Origin: Nemertoderma westbladi
Taxonomy: Eukaryota; Animalia; Xenacoelomorpha
Length of the DNA stretch: 64,000 bases
Direction of reading: 5' to 3'
Assembly (NCBI GenBank): GCA_032718475.1
Contig: JAUCBJ010006371.1
Coordinates: 40,395 to 104,394, forward strand
The notes beneath the pieces were generated by a model. That model made no database searches. It saw nothing but the letters and a program-made list of their open reading frames with translations, and was not told where the DNA came from. Each line of letters starts with the position of its first letter. Within the stretch, counting starts at the first letter, position 1. This document shows, piece by piece, positions 12,950-27,329 of this stretch. A program made the position numbers and the translations under genes.

Positions 12950-13630
12950 TCAACCCAAACCATCTCACCCATCAACCCAAATCATCCCCCCACCAAACCA
13001 ACCCATTTCTCCCACCAAACCAACCCATCTACCCCACCAACCCAACCCACCCCTCCTACCAACCCAACCCACCCCTCCTACCAACCCAACCCATCCCTCC
13101 CACCAAACCAACCCAACCCATCCCTCCCTCCCACCAAACCAACCCAACCCATCCCTCCCACCAAACCAACCCATCCCTCCCACCAAACCAACCCATCCCT
13201 CCCACCAAACCAACCCTATCTCTCCCACTAAACCAACCCAACCCAACCCAACCCAACCCATCCCTCCCACCAAACCAACCCATCTCTCCCACCAAACCAA
13301 CCCATCTCTCCCACTAAACCAACCCAACACATCCCTCCCACCAAACCAACCCATCCCATCCCTCTCCACCATAACCCGACCCATCCCTCCCACCAAACCA
13401 ACCCATCCCATCCCTCTCCACCAACCCAACCCATCCCTCCCACCAAACCAACCCATCTCTCCCACTAAACCAACCCAACCCAACCCATCCCTCCCACCAA
13501 ACCAACCCATCTCTCCCACTAAACCAACCCAACCCATCCCTCCCACCAAACCAACCCAACACATCCCTCCCACCAAGATCCAACGGATTCTTCCTTCCAG
13601 CCCCCCCCCCCCCCCCCCCCCTCTCCCCCT
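12950..13630. repeat. C/A-rich low-complexity tandem array (CCAAACCAACCCATCCCTCCCA-type) ending in poly-C
   Basis: Directly visible. The G-rich minus strand explains the Gly/Trp-rich spurious ORFs. Confidence 0.9.
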
Positions 13631-15092
13631 CTCGCACAATAACACATCCCATCCTTGCAATAACCCTCGACTTCTACTTGATATCTCACAAATGAACTCC
13701 TCACATCCCTTATACATCTGCATTCATTCCTGGCCAATTCTCAGTAAATATCATTCCCTGTAAACACAACCCCAGTGCTGCTCCCTACTCGCGTTATTTC
13801 AATAAATTATATGCATCCCATGATCATGGGATAATTTCATGAAGATGTTCCCAATTAAATCAAACTGTTTTCCCCTCCTATTGATTGTAATAGAGCTCTT
13901 TTTGGAGCCATGTCGGGGGTATCAGCACAGCTCAGCGCTGTCCGTTTGTTAGTCTACTGTCTCCTCTCCAGCACTGAGTACGGAAATGATTGGGATATTC
14001 GAACAAGGTGTGTGCAACGCAAATCGAAACAAGTTAGCGCGTACACAGTTGCTGACATAAAATCGATACACTTTAATCAACAAAAATATATGAGAGAGCA
14101 TTGTTACTGCTGATTGAAACCCAGTGTGACGCCATTTTACTGTTAATTCATTGAGAACGTCTTCTTAATCACCGAAATTTCATGACACTTTCAGCCCAAA
14201 TGAGGGAGGAGAACCAGAAGCGATGCTTCTTTATACTGATTGTCTGATAATCATGCCGCCTTTGGTAAATTCAATTATGATCTCTGATTAGTTTCCGGAA
14301 CGCCGGGGGTGCAAAATGATAAAACTTGAAAAGGTTCCTTTAAGCGTTTCATAAAGGATATCTCGATGACTCATTGTAGCATTGGCTTTCTCTGCAGCTG
14401 GTTAGCTGCGTAATTGGCCGTGACTTTGTTACTTACCTGGTATCAGTACTACCTGCCTCCTTCAATAATGATGTAGGTATAGCTACTTTAACCTTAACAT
14501 TTAATTAGTCCTGTTTAACAATAATTTAGTATGAGGCACATAGAATTCATCTCAACTCAAACCATTGACTCTAAATAGATGGATTTTTACAATTCAGGGA
14601 TTTGTTATTATTAATGAGCAGAATTTATTATATATTTTTTAGTGTCAGAAAAACGGTAGAAAGAAGAGTATGGGATGATGCACACTTTTTGCTCTACTTA
14701 TGCCAACATAACGAATTAGTCTGATTATGTCTGGTCTGGTTATCTGTCTATGGCCCATAAGGTGCCCCGCACAAAATTTGAGCTCTCAAAACGGTGGATT
14801 TTATCTCGCTCGACAGACAGATTAACAAACCAGATTTAGGGTTTGAGTTCCACAAACTACAATTAGACGACAACAATGGTGATACCCGAGATCCATAAAA
14901 CTAGTTTATTTCTAAAGTATTACGAAATAATAAAGCCATTTAATATTAATTAAAGTAATAAATTAGTAAACAAAATTTGCAAAAATTCAATTAGCACGAA
15001 GACACTTCTACATGGCTTAGTCACTACATGTAGAGTGGTAAAAAGAAAATACATTTAAGAAACTATTAAGAAATACGCTCGAAAAAAAACAA

Positions 15093-18000
15093 CTATAACG
15101 CCGTTTCTTTTTTGTTATTAATAACAAAAGTGTAGTCAAGGGCTGACGTTGCTAGTGGAATTGAGGTCTTGATAGGAGCGGCGATGTCCCCATTGGTTGT
15201 CACCTTGGTAATCGCAATGTCGTCGCAAGCCTCGTAAAATTTTGAATTATCAAAGAAATTCGCCTGTGTGGAGGCGTTTGATTGGTAGGGGAGAGGGGAC
15301 CCTTCGCAGGACCAATCAGGGATCGAGGATTGTCCGGACCAGCGTCTATCCCGCAACCCTATAACCTCATTGGTCGATGAGTGTGACATAATCTCCAGTG
15401 ATTGGTCCTTAGGTTGTGGGTCTGGGGGCGCGAGTAGGGGGGAATCCGATAGCTTGCCGACTACTCCGTTACGCTTGGGTTTATTCAGCGAGCGGGATAC
15501 CAAACTCAACATCTGTTGTATCTGGCGTTCGTGCCGTGTGAGTCGCACGGACACCCCGCTGTCGCTGTCCACGCCCCCGAGATGGGGCGACTCGCGCGCC
15601 GGCGGCCGGATCTCCCGGAGTACCGCGGAGAGATTCGACGGAAGACTCTGTTTTATTCTCTCATCGTCGCTGAACGCGCCGCTGTACGCGGAACCCCGCT
15701 CCAACGACTCGGGAGTCACTTCGTATTTCATCGACTTTTTATCGGAAGCCGATTTGCTCTTAGTAATTGTATTACTATCTCCCGCTCTGGGTGATTTATT
15801 AGCGAGACAATGGGTGGAGGTGGATGTCAATTGCCTCGATGTCCCTCCCCTGTATTCCCCTATCAATAGGTCTAGCATGCGGCTCTGTGCCGACAGCGAG
15901 GCGCAGACACCAACCCCGGGGTTCCGAGACAACGATCTACTAGAGCAGCGGGGTTGCGCGACTACTGGCGGTTGAAGCGTCGCATCCGATATCTGTACCC
16001 ATAGATCGTCGGGAGTTTTTATTTCAGTTGTGGGATTTGTTTCGGGATTTTGGGTGTCTGGCAAGACGTTCAATATATCCTCAGTGCGTGGTGGCCCCCT
16101 TCCGTTGTGTAACTGAATCACTCTCGGGTTTGCACCGAAAGCCACTGCATTATTCTCTACAGGGGAAAATAAGAGTTTCTTTTTCATTTTTCGTGTTTTG
16201 TTGATAACATTGCTGCCGAGTTTACAGAGCTCCTGGCGCAAAGAGGAATGTATTTTACCACCACTAGAGGGTTGAATGTCCTGGTCTATGATGGATATGG
16301 GGGAGTCGCCTTTACTGGATATAGAAAGAGACCGGGGGATGCCGGTGATTGGTGGGGGGAGACCTCCGCAGCTGCTCCCTGAGGTTGAGCAACTGAGCAC
16401 GTGATTGGTCCGCGGTAGGTCGGGGCTACGGGAGGTAGACAAGGGGGGTCGGTCGTTAGGCAACGGGGGTTTACCGGAGGGACCCAACTTATTGCACACG
16501 ACGCCGTTAGGGGTCGTATCTTCGAGAGGTTTGGAATCCTTCGAGGCGACTTCGTTGTCGGAGACCCCGGAGGAAGTATCGTTGGCCCGAGTATCGGTTG
16601 CTAAGGAAACCGGTACGCCGTAAGTGGCCAGTAGACGGACTATATCAGTGTGGCAACCTTTGAGCGCGAGTTTAAGAGGAGTTCGGTTGTAGCGGTCGGC
16701 GTGGTACGGGTTGGCCCGGTAGGCCAGGAGGGTAGCGACAACGTCGCGATGGCCTTCCTGGGCCGCGATACACAAGGCCGTCGTATCCTGGTTGCAGCAG
16801 TGGTCTATACGGGCCCCCTGGTTGAGCAGACGACCCACTATGGCGGCGTGACCCTGCCACGCAGCCGCCTGCAACGGGCTGCGTCGTTCCTTGTCGCAAG
16901 TGTTGGGCCGCGCGTGGTATTCCAGTAAGAGATTCACCATGGCCGTGTTGCCCTGCCAACAAGCGACGTGGAGTGGAGTCCTTCCCTGGTTGTCCTGACA
17001 CTCTACGTAGGCGTCGTTATCCAATAGGAACCGGGTCATCTGTAGCCGATTCTCTAGGGCCGTCATGTAGACTACCGATCTACCGTCACTGTCCCGCTGG
17101 TTGATGTTGGATCCCTTCATTAGGAACAGGTTGACCAGCTGGAAGTGGCCCTCCAACGCGGCAACCCGTATCGGCGACTGTTCCCCCAGGTCCCGGTGGT
17201 CCATCTTCGCTCCTCGGTTAATCAGCATCTTGCACGTGTCGATGTGGCCCTCGGAAGCGGAGAATATCAGCGCGGTTCGACCTTCCATGTCCGTGTCATC
17301 CACATTGGCGCCAGCGTCAATGATCGTTTGACATACCTGAATAGATAAATAATAGCGAGGTGTTATTATTACGATGGCATTAACAATTACACGATTTGAT
17401 CAATGTCATAATGCAGTGTATAGTACAATGCATAACTAATATTCAAAAAATTTAACATTATTTGATCTAGTTAAGTGAATTATTGGGTTAGATAATACTA
17501 TTGAGGAGAAGAAAACAGAAGATGTACGATGTCTGTTTTGCGAGCAGCTAGACAGTGGTTCCTGTAACTAATGACTTGTTGTGCGAACATTGATGGTGAC
17601 AACGGTTATTCCCGGGGGATCCCAAACTGTTCCACCTCCTGCTGCCATACACCACGAATCCATCCTGCATTCCTGCATCTCAAGGATTATTCAGGTTTTC
17701 CTTCAGTTGTTGGTTACTGATGTGTGTATGTTGATATGGTGCCGATATGATGTGTGTATGTTGATATGGTGCCGATATGATGTGTGTATGTTGATATGGT
17801 GCCGATATGATGTGTGTATGTTGATATGGTGCCGATATGATGTGTGTATGTTGATATGGTGCCGATATGATGTGTGTATGTTGATATGGTGCTGATATGA
17901 TGTGTGTATGTTGATATGGTGCCGATATGATGTGTGTATGTTGATATGGTGCCGATATGATGTGTGTATGTTGATATGGTGCCGATATCTAACTGAGGGT

Positions 18001-21000
18001 AGGGCTGTACAGAAAGTGTAGCGTGGTTTATCTGCACTCGGGGGTATACGAACTTTTAGGCGCCCCCACCTACACACCCATATGTTAACAACGCCTCTGG
18101 GACTGTTAAAAACAGAGGATTCAATTAAGAAAATTTAACATTACTTAACTACATTAACTTCAGCTTAATTAACTTAACATAACTTCAGATAAACCTCTCC
18201 TGTCGCCATGTGACTATGGGAAGACAAAGTGCCGCGGTGTCAATACCAACGGGTTTAATTGAGAATTTAACATTGATGCGGGATATTAATTCGCCAAGGC
18301 GGGTTTTGCGTCGAGTTTCCCCCCTGTCTCTTCGGATCAGTACTTAAGGTTCTTAACAGCATTTGAGTGCCATTTAATTAATACGTTTAATGTTTATTGG
18401 TTTGATGGTAGCCGCGCGCATTAAACCAAGAATAGGTGAACCAATTTGATAAAGTAGCAATGGTTATCATATATCAGGCCAGACGTTAAGGTTCCTCACA
18501 TTATTATTCACAAGGTGTTATTTGCCATGGGGAAGTTAAGTTGCTCGGAATGTGTGACGAATTGTGGCGTTAATAACCCAAGTTGTAAATGAGTTGGATC
18601 TTCTAATCTGACTGCATATGGTGTCCCGCTGTCATCTAATCGTTTTCTGTCGCAAAAGCGTCTTTCATCACCACAGGGGGAGAGAGATACATGTGGTGAT
18701 AAAAACACTGGCCATATGGTTTGGTTTAGTTAGAATTACAACACATAATGTACTCTTGGAATATTTTTGATGGGAATTTGCCTTACCAGAATAGAATACT
18801 AAACTTATCATGTCACTTCAATTCTCCATCAGCCACCTTTGTAAATATATTGGGTGGCAATATGCGAAGCAGACTTTGCTGAGCTGTTCTAAAAAATAAC
18901 TAATTTACTTCATGGAAAATAATATAATGTATCGCTTATATGATTACATCAAGTTTTCTTTGAGACGGGGTGTAACCCGGATTTTCAATGAAACTTAATA
19001 CTGGAATTATTTTAATTAATTATTTTGCTTCACGGTTTACACATCTCATATTTATTTTATTTTAATAAACAATTATTTGTCGAAGAAATATTAATCTTAA
19101 ATAACCATCTTCTCCAACCTCCTGCCTTTTGCCAATCATATTGGGAGGGGGGGGGGGGGGGGGGGGGTGCTTGGGTTTGTCACAAAAAAAATGTGAAAAA
19201 TGTTTCAATTTCCAGGACATTATTTCAACCTAAAACAATATGAAACTGTCCATGTGAGTACAGTACAATTTTAAACGGTTGCAGTTTTATTTTTTGGAGT
19301 AATCAGCTGTTATTTGCATCGATTTTCCCCGGGAGAATGATTAATTTTTATTGCGTCAAGACAAGAGTCCCCCATGCCCATATCTATACTTACCAGTTAT
19401 GGCATACTTAAAATGTGTGGCGTTAAATTAAAACCAGCGTAGTAAATTTACTAGTTCGAAATTTAATTATATACCGTTTAATTTTTCGCTACATATTTTG
19501 GTGCATTTAATTGCGATCGTAAATGCTTAGCTAGAATTTAACGAGAACAAATGCCAAGAATCACTCCCAAACAACATAAATTGAATTATATTGCTGGTAA
19601 AGTTGACAGCTTCGTACACTTATCTGGAACTTACTTGTGACATCAATTTGGCATCAATTCTTTAACTTGCATATAATGGGATTTCAGAATTATTGCGATG
19701 GGTTAGGGTGTAAAATGCGTTTAACGCAAGAATGCGGGTGGATTTGGGTAGATGTTTTCAATAATACGTGTTGTAATGTAATATAATGTAATGTATATGT
19801 TTACAATAAACGGTATATTCAGAGACGGGTTCGGAGGGGGGGGGGGGGGGGGGGGGGGGGTGTATCCATACAACCTACCTTTGTATATCCCTCACGGTTG
19901 TCCCCCGGTTGTCCCACTCAACCCACCTTTATATGTCCCGCGCGGTTGTTCCACTCAACCCACCTTTGTATGTCCCTCACGGTTGTCCCCCGGTTGTCCC
20001 ACTCAACCCACCTTTATATGTCCCGCGCGGTTGTTCCACTCAACCCACCTTTGTATGTCTTTCACGGTTGTCCCCCGGTTGTCCCACGCAATCCACCTTT
20101 GTATGTCCCGCGCGGTTGTTCCACTCAACCCACCTTTGTATGTCCCTCGCCGAAGTCCCACTCAACCCACCTTTGTATGTCCCCCACGGTTGTCCCCCGG
20201 TTGTCCCACTCAATCCACCTTTGTATGTCCCACGCGGTTGTCCCACTCAACCCACCTTTTGTATGTCCATCGCCGAAGTCCCACTCAACCCACCTTTGTA
20301 TGTCCCTCACGGTTGTCCCCCGGTTGTCCCACTCAATCCACCTTTGCATGTCCCATGCGGTTGTCCCACTCAACCCACCTTTGTATGCCCATCGCCGAAG
20401 TCCCACTAAACCCACCTTTATATGTCCCTCACAGTTGTCACCCGGTTGTCCCACTCAACTCACCTTTGTATGTCCCGCCCTGTTGTCCCACTCAACCCAC
20501 CTTTGTATGTTCATCATGGTTGTCCCACTCAACCCACCTTTGTATGTCCCTCACGGTTGTCCCCCGGTTGTCCCACTCAACCCACCTTTTTTATGATCCT
20601 CAGGGTTGCCCCCCGGTTGTCCCACTCAACCCACCTTTGTAAGTCCCACCCTGTTGTCCCACTCAACCCACCTTTGTATGTCCCTCACGGTTGTCCCCCG
20701 GTTGTCCCACTCAACCCACCTTTGTATGTTCCTCAGGGTTGCCCCCCGGTTGTCCCACTCAACCCACCTTTGTATGTCCCACCCTGTTGTCCCACTCAAC
20801 CCACCTTTGTATGTTCCTCAGGGTTGTCCCCCGGTTGTCCCACTCAACCCACCTTTGTATGTTCCTCACGGTTGTCCCACTCAACCCACCTTTGTATGTT
20901 CCTCAGGGTTGTCCCACTCAAGCCACCTTATTATGTCCCTCCCAGTTGTCCTACTCAACCCACCTTTGTATGTCCTTTCCAGTTGTCCCACTCAACCCAC

Positions 21001-24000
21001 CTTTGTATGTCCTTTCCAGTTGTCCCACTCAACCCACCTTTGTATGTCCTTTCCAGTTATCCCACTAAACCCACCTGTGTATGTCCCTCCCAGTTGTCCC
21101 ACTCAACTCACCTTTGTATGTTCCTCAGGGTTGTCCCACTCAAGCCACCTTATTATGTCCCTCCCAGTTGTCCCACTCAACCCACCTTTGTATGTCCTTT
21201 CCAGTTGTCCCACTCAACCCACCTTTGTATGTTCCTCACGGTTGTCCCAATCAACTCATCTTTGTATGTCCTTCCCGGTTGTCCCACTCGCACTCAACCC
21301 ACCTTTGTATGTCCCTCACGGTTGTCCCACTCAAACCACCTTTGTATGCCCCTCACGGTTGTCCCACTCAACCCACCTTTGTATGCCCCTCACGGTTGTC
21401 CCACTCAACTCACCTTTGTATGTTCCTCACGGTTGTCCCAATCAACCCACCTTTGTATGTCCCTCACGGTTGTCCCACTCAAACCACCTTTGTATGCCCC
21501 TCACGGTTGTCCCACTCAACCCACCTTTGTATGTCCCTCACGGTTGTCCCACTCAAACCACCTTTGTATGTTCCTCACGGTTGTCCCACTCAACCCACAT
21601 TTATATGTCCCACCCGGTTGTGCCACTCAACCCACCTTTATATGTCCCTCACAGTTGTCCCACGGTTGTCCCACTCAACCCACCTTTGTATGTTCCTCAT
21701 GGTTGTCCAACTCAACCCACCTTTGTATGTCCTTCCTTTCCAGTTGTCCCACTCAACCCACCTTTGTATGTTCCTCACGGTTGTCCCCCGGTTGTCCCAC
21801 TCAACCCACCTTTGTATGCCCCTCCCAGTTGTCCCACTCAACCCACCTTTGTATGTTCCTCCCGGTTGTCCCACTCAACCCACCTTTGTGTGTCCCTCCC
21901 AGTTGTCCCACTCAACCCACCTTTGTATGTTCCTCACGGTTGTCCCACTCAAGCCACCTTTGTATGTTCCTCACGGTTGTCCCACTCAACCCACCTTTGT
22001 ATGTTCCTCCCGGTTGTCCCACTCAACCCACCTTTGTATGTTCCTCACGGTTGTCCCACTCAAGCCACCTTATTATGTCCCTCCCAAGTGTCCCACTCAA
22101 GCCACCTTTGTATGTTCCTCACGGTTGTCCCACTCAACCCACCTTTGTATGTTCCTCACGGTTGTCCCACTCAACCCACCTTTGTATGTCCCTCCCAGTT
22201 GTCCCACTCAACCCACCTTTGTATGTTCCTCCCGGTTGTCCCACTCAACCCACCTTTGTATGTTCCTCACGGTTGTCCCACTCAACCCACCTTTGTATGT
22301 TCCTCACGGTTGTGCCACTCAAGCCACCTTATTATGTCCCTCCCAAGTGTCCCACTCAAGCCACCTTTGTATGTTCCTCACGGTTGTCCCACTCAACCCA
22401 CCTTTGTATGTTCCTCCCGGTTGTCCCACTCAACCCACCTTTGTATGTTCCTCACGGTTGTCCCACTCAAGCCACCTTATTATGTCCCTCCCAAGTGTCC
22501 CACTCAAGCCACCTTTGTATGTTCCTCACGGTTGTCCCACTCAACCCACCTTTGTATGTTCCTCACGGTTGTCCCACTCAACCCACCATTGTATGTCCCT
22601 CCCAGTTGTCCCACTCAACCCACCTTTGTATGTTCCTCCCGGTTGTCCCACTCAACCCACCTTTGTATGTCCCTCACGGTTGTCCCACTCCACCCACCTT
22701 TGTATGTCCTTTCCAGTTGTCCCACTCAACCCACCTTTGTATATCCCTCCCAGTTGTCCCACTCAACCCACCTTTGTATGTTCCTCACAGTTGTCCCACT
22801 CAAGCCACCTTTGTATGTCCCTCCCAGTTGTCCCACTCAACCTACCATTGTATATTCCTCACGGTTGTCCCACTCAACCCACCTTTGTATGTTCCTCACG
22901 GTTGTCCCACTCAACCCACCTTTATATGTTACTCACGGTTGTCCCACTCAACCCACCTTTGTATGTCCCTCCCAGTTGTCCCACTCAACCCACCTTTGTA
23001 TGTTCCTCACGGTTGTCCCACTCGCACTCAACCCACCTTTGTATGTCCCTCCCAGTTGTCCCACTCAACCCACCTTTGTATGTTCCTCACGGTTGTCCCA
23101 CTCAACCCACCTTTGTATGTTCCTCACGGTTGTCCCACTCGCACTCAACCCACCTTTGTATGTTCCTCACAGTTGTCCCACTCAAGCCACCTTTGTATGT
23201 CCCTCCCAGTTGTCCCACTCAACCTACCATTGTATATTCCTCACGGTTGTCCCACTCAACCCACCTTTGTATGTTCCTCACGGTTGTCCCACTCAACCCA
23301 CCTTTGTATGTTCCTCACGGTTGTCCCACTCGCACTCAACCCACCTTTGTATGTTCCTCACAGTTGTCCCACTCAAGCCACCTTTGTATGCCCCTCCCAG
23401 TTGTCCCACTCAACCTACCATTGTATATTCCTCACGGTTGTCCCACTCAACCCACCTTTGTATGTTCCTCACGGTTGTCCCACTCAACCCACCTTTGTAT
23501 GTTCCTCACGGTTGTCCCACTCAACCCACCTTTGTATGTTCCTCACGGTTGTCCCACTCGCACTCAACCCACCTTTGTATGTTCCTCACAGTTGTCCCAC
23601 TCAACCCACCTTTGTATGTTCCTCACGGTTGTCCCACTCAACCCACCCTCCCAGTTGTCCCACTCAACCCACCTTTGTATGTTCCTCACGGTTGTCCCAC
23701 TCAACCCACCTTTGTATGTTCCTCACGGTTGTCCCACTCGCACTCAACCCACCTTTGTATGTTCCTCACAGTTGTCCCACTCAAGCCACCTTTGTATGTC
23801 CCTCCCAGTTGTCCCACTCAACCTACCATTGTATATTCCTCACGGTTGTCCCACTCAACCCACCTTTGTATGTTCCTCACGGTTGTCCCACTCAACCCAC
23901 CTTTATATGTTACTCACGGTTGTCCCACTCAACCCACCTTTGTATGTCCCTCCCAGTTGTCCCACTCAACCCACCTTTGTATGTTCCTCACGGTTGTCCC

Positions 24001-27000
24001 ACTCAACCCACCTTTGTATGTTCCTCACGGTTGTCCCACTCAACCCACCTTTATATGTTACTCACGGTTGTCCCACTCAACCCACCTTTGTATGTCCCTC
24101 CCAGTTGTCCCACTCAACCCACCTTTGTATGTTCCTCACGGTTGTCCCACTCAACCCACCTTTGTATGTTCCTCACGGTTGTCCCACTCAACCCACCTTT
24201 GTATGTCCCTCCCAGTTGTCCCACTCAACCCACCTTTGTATGTTCCTCACGGTTGTCCCACTCAACCCACCTTTGTATGTTCCTCACGGTTGTCCCACTC
24301 AACCCACCTTTGTATGTCCCTCCCAGTTGTCCCACTCAACCCACCTTTGTATGTTCCTCACGGTTGTCCCACTCAACCCACCTTTATATGTTACTCACGG
24401 TTGTCCCACTCAACCCACCTTTGTATGTCCCGCCCAGTTGTCCCACTCAACCCACCTTTGTATGTCCCTCCCAGTTGCCCCACTCAACCCACCTTTGTAT
24501 GTTCCTCACGGTTGTCCCACTCAACTCACCTTTGTATGTCCTTCCCGGTTGTCCCACTCGCACTCAACCCACCTTTGTATGTCCCTCACCGTTGTCCCAC
24601 TCAACCCACCTTTGTGTGTCCCTCACCGTTGTCCCACTCAACCCACCTTTGTGTGTCCCTCACGGTTGTCCCACTCAACTCACCTTTGTATGTCCTTCCC
24701 GGTTGTCCCACTCGCACTCAACCCACCTTTGTATGTCCCTCACCGTTGTCCCACTCAACCCACCTTTGTGTGTCCCTTACCGTTGTCCCACTCAACCCAC
24801 CTTTGTATGTCCCTCCCGGGCTGCCAGGTGTAACCCCGTCATCCCGTTGTTATCCCGTTGCGATCCATTTATCCGCCGATCGAGCAGCGCGTTGACCACA
24901 TCCAGACTCCCCTGGATGGCCGCCACACCGAACACGAATCTCCCCTCGCCGTCCACCTTATCGTTGGCGGCACCGCGATCCAACAGGGTCGCCACCACGT
25001 CAGCGTGTCCCATCGACGCGGCGGCGAGTAACGAACTCCGTCCGTTGTTATCCGTTCGATTGATATCGGCTCCGCGGTTCAGTACCGACTCGACAACGGG
25101 GTTGAGTCCCTCGTAGGCGGCGAGTAGCAGCGGACTCATTCCGTCTGCGTCGACCTGATCGACAGCGGCGCCGCGGTCCAGGAGGGAGTCCACGATCCGG
25201 TGGTTCATAGCGTGGTGGCTGAGCGCCGCCACAGACAGGGCCGTGCGGCCGTCGGCGTCCGCGTGTCCCAGACGGGCGCCTGCATCCAGCAGCACCCCCA
25301 CCACCGCGGGACGGCCCATATAGGCTGCGGCTATGAGCGGGGTTCGACCCTCGGTGTCGCTGCTGTTAGCGTCCGCCCCCGCCGCTAGCAGCCGCTCAAC
25401 CGCGGTCACGTGACCCGCCCAGGCCGCCGCTCGCAACGCCGTACGTCCGTCGCGGTCCGCCGTATCTACCACAGCCCCGTTGCTCAGAAGCAACTCAATG
25501 ACGTCATCGTGACCCCCCCAGGCGGCGGCCCGTAACGCGGTCCACCCCTGATCGTCCTGTTTGTCCACGGCGATCCCGTTCGCGATGAGCAGCCCCGCGA
25601 TCTCGCCGTGCCCCCGATTGGCCGCCAGATGCAGCGGGTTGTCCCCGGCGGAGTCCGCCGTATCCACATTGGCTCCCCGCTGGAGGAGTAACTCAACGAC
25701 CTCCAGGTTACCCGCGAACGCCGCGTTGCACAGCAACGTGCGCCCGTTGTCGTCCATCTCGTTGACCATGGTGCCGCTGTCCAACCGCATCGCCATGGAG
25801 TTTATGGGATCCGGACACTCGGGTCCCGGGTTCGACCCCCCCTCAGCACCGGGGAGTTTCGCGCCGCACTGCAACAACATGCTGACAACCCTGTCGTCGT
25901 GGTAACGAGTTTGCAGACAGTCGGCGACAGGGCCGCCGGACCACAGCAACCACATGGGTATATGTAGGTCCCCGTCGAATGGGAAATCTATCTGTGATTC
26001 TAGCAAATCGTAACAGAGCGATTGGAGTTGTTTGTGTTCTAGAATGTCGATGCTAAGTGTGGCGTCGCCCCTCAGTGTGGCGTCCCCCCTCAGTGTGGCT
26101 GCCATCGCGAGCATGGCGTGGCCTTCCCGTTTGTGGCACAGATACTTGGGGGTGCAATGCTTCACGTCTAGCAGCCACTCCGCGAAACTATTGTGGAAGA
26201 TCTGTATGTTCCCATGGTGGGTTGTTTGTGTGACGAGTTTGAACACGGAGTCCATGAGTTTGTCGAAGTGTGGGCGGGTGAGTGAGGTGTTGCGAGACGA
26301 GACTGCTATGAACAGTAGGTCGGGGGAGACGGGAGACTGACAGGCGAGCAGCACGTTGAGTAAGGGCTGCACACGGGGAAAATGTTTCCTCGGGAAGATC
26401 CTGTTGCAGAGCCACAAGTAGAACCCGTTGAGAGTCCCGGGGATGTCCCTGATGTCTTGGAGACTAATAAACCGATCGCAGACCCCATCCAATACCTTCT
26501 CCAAGTAGAGAACACAGCCGTTACTCTTAATCAACAGTTGGTTTAACATTTCCGCGGTTTCTTTGCTCAACTGCCGTCTCAATGTCTCATCTTTATCCAA
26601 TCGCGTTAGAATGTATTGCTGAATGTCTTTGACAACGTTGGATTTACGCAGATCGTCGAGGGTGATTTTCCTGAAGCCGCTGAACAATCGGGAGATGTGT
26701 TTCGTGTGGCGTCGGGATGTGCACACTAGGAGTAGCCACGGTGGCAGTAGGTTGTAGTGGGTGGCTAAGAGTTCGGCGATGCTACGACTTTGATTGGTTT
26801 GTTGCACGGAACCAGATGAGTTGGATCCCAAGGGTTGGTTCCCCAGGGTACACTCATCAACCCCGTCTATAAGAAGGAAGCAGTTTCGCGTGGGCGGGTT
26901 TAGAGTGAGCAATGGAAGTAGGACGCCGGATCTAAAAGCCTCGTCCACGTTTTTAGCGCATTCGGTGGGTTCTAGAAGGGCTTTAATACTGGGTTCAGAT

Positions 27001-27329
27001 ATTTTACCTGAGTACCCGTGAATTATAGGGGATTTACACAGGGAAGCCACTAAATACTGTATGAAACCGACCACCGACAACGTTTCGCGCTCTTGGCTGT
27101 GGCAGAACCAAGCGGCCAATAGACGTCGACTCAGCGCCCTCTGGCGGCTGTAGTTGGAAGTAGGTGTCGCGATCTCGGAACACAGGGCGGTCTTCCCGCT
27201 TCCGGGGCCACCCATTATCACGGTGCCGCTACTGCGACAGGAAGGTCGGCTTTCTACGACGTGGAGGATTTTCTGGAACACCCATTCTCGGCAAAAAAAC
27301 CGTTTGCCTTGCAGAGAGCAGGAAGACAT
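15093..27329 (-). CDS. ANKRD50: Ankyrin repeat domain-containing protein 50 (P-loop/NACHT-like NTPase + ankyrin repeats + PDZ-binding tail)
   Basis: Exon 1 27329-24801 has LQGKRFFCREWVF, Walker A GGPGSGKT, Walker B LLIDGVDE and ankyrin repeats, ending AAREGHTK|gtgggt. Exon 2 17336-15093 starts cag|VCQTIIDAGANVDD, has more ankyrin repeats and ends KKETAL, like the vertebrate KKETPL. The phase-0 join completes an ankyrin repeat. Confidence 0.92.
17717..17988. repeat. 30-bp minisatellite (TGATGTGTGTATGTTGATATGGTGCCGATA), ~9 near-perfect copies, in the ANKRD50 intron
   Basis: Directly visible tandem unit. Confidence 0.95.
19870..24820 (-). repeat. ~5-kb 37-bp minisatellite whose unit spans the ANKRD50 exon 1 / intron donor junction
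   Basis: Sense unit CCGTGAGGAACATACAAAG|GTGGGTTGAGTGGGACAA. The first unit is the true exon end (REGHTK) plus donor at 24801/24800. Confidence 0.95.

Noticed and set aside
12965-13737. Gly/Trp-rich minus-strand ORFs
   Set aside because: Translation of the CCAA/CCCA low-complexity array.
19791-25116. Very long + strand ORFs (1564, 1429, 1250 aa)
   Set aside because: Translations of a stop-free 37-bp minisatellite in all three frames, antisense to the ANKRD50 intron; not credible genes.
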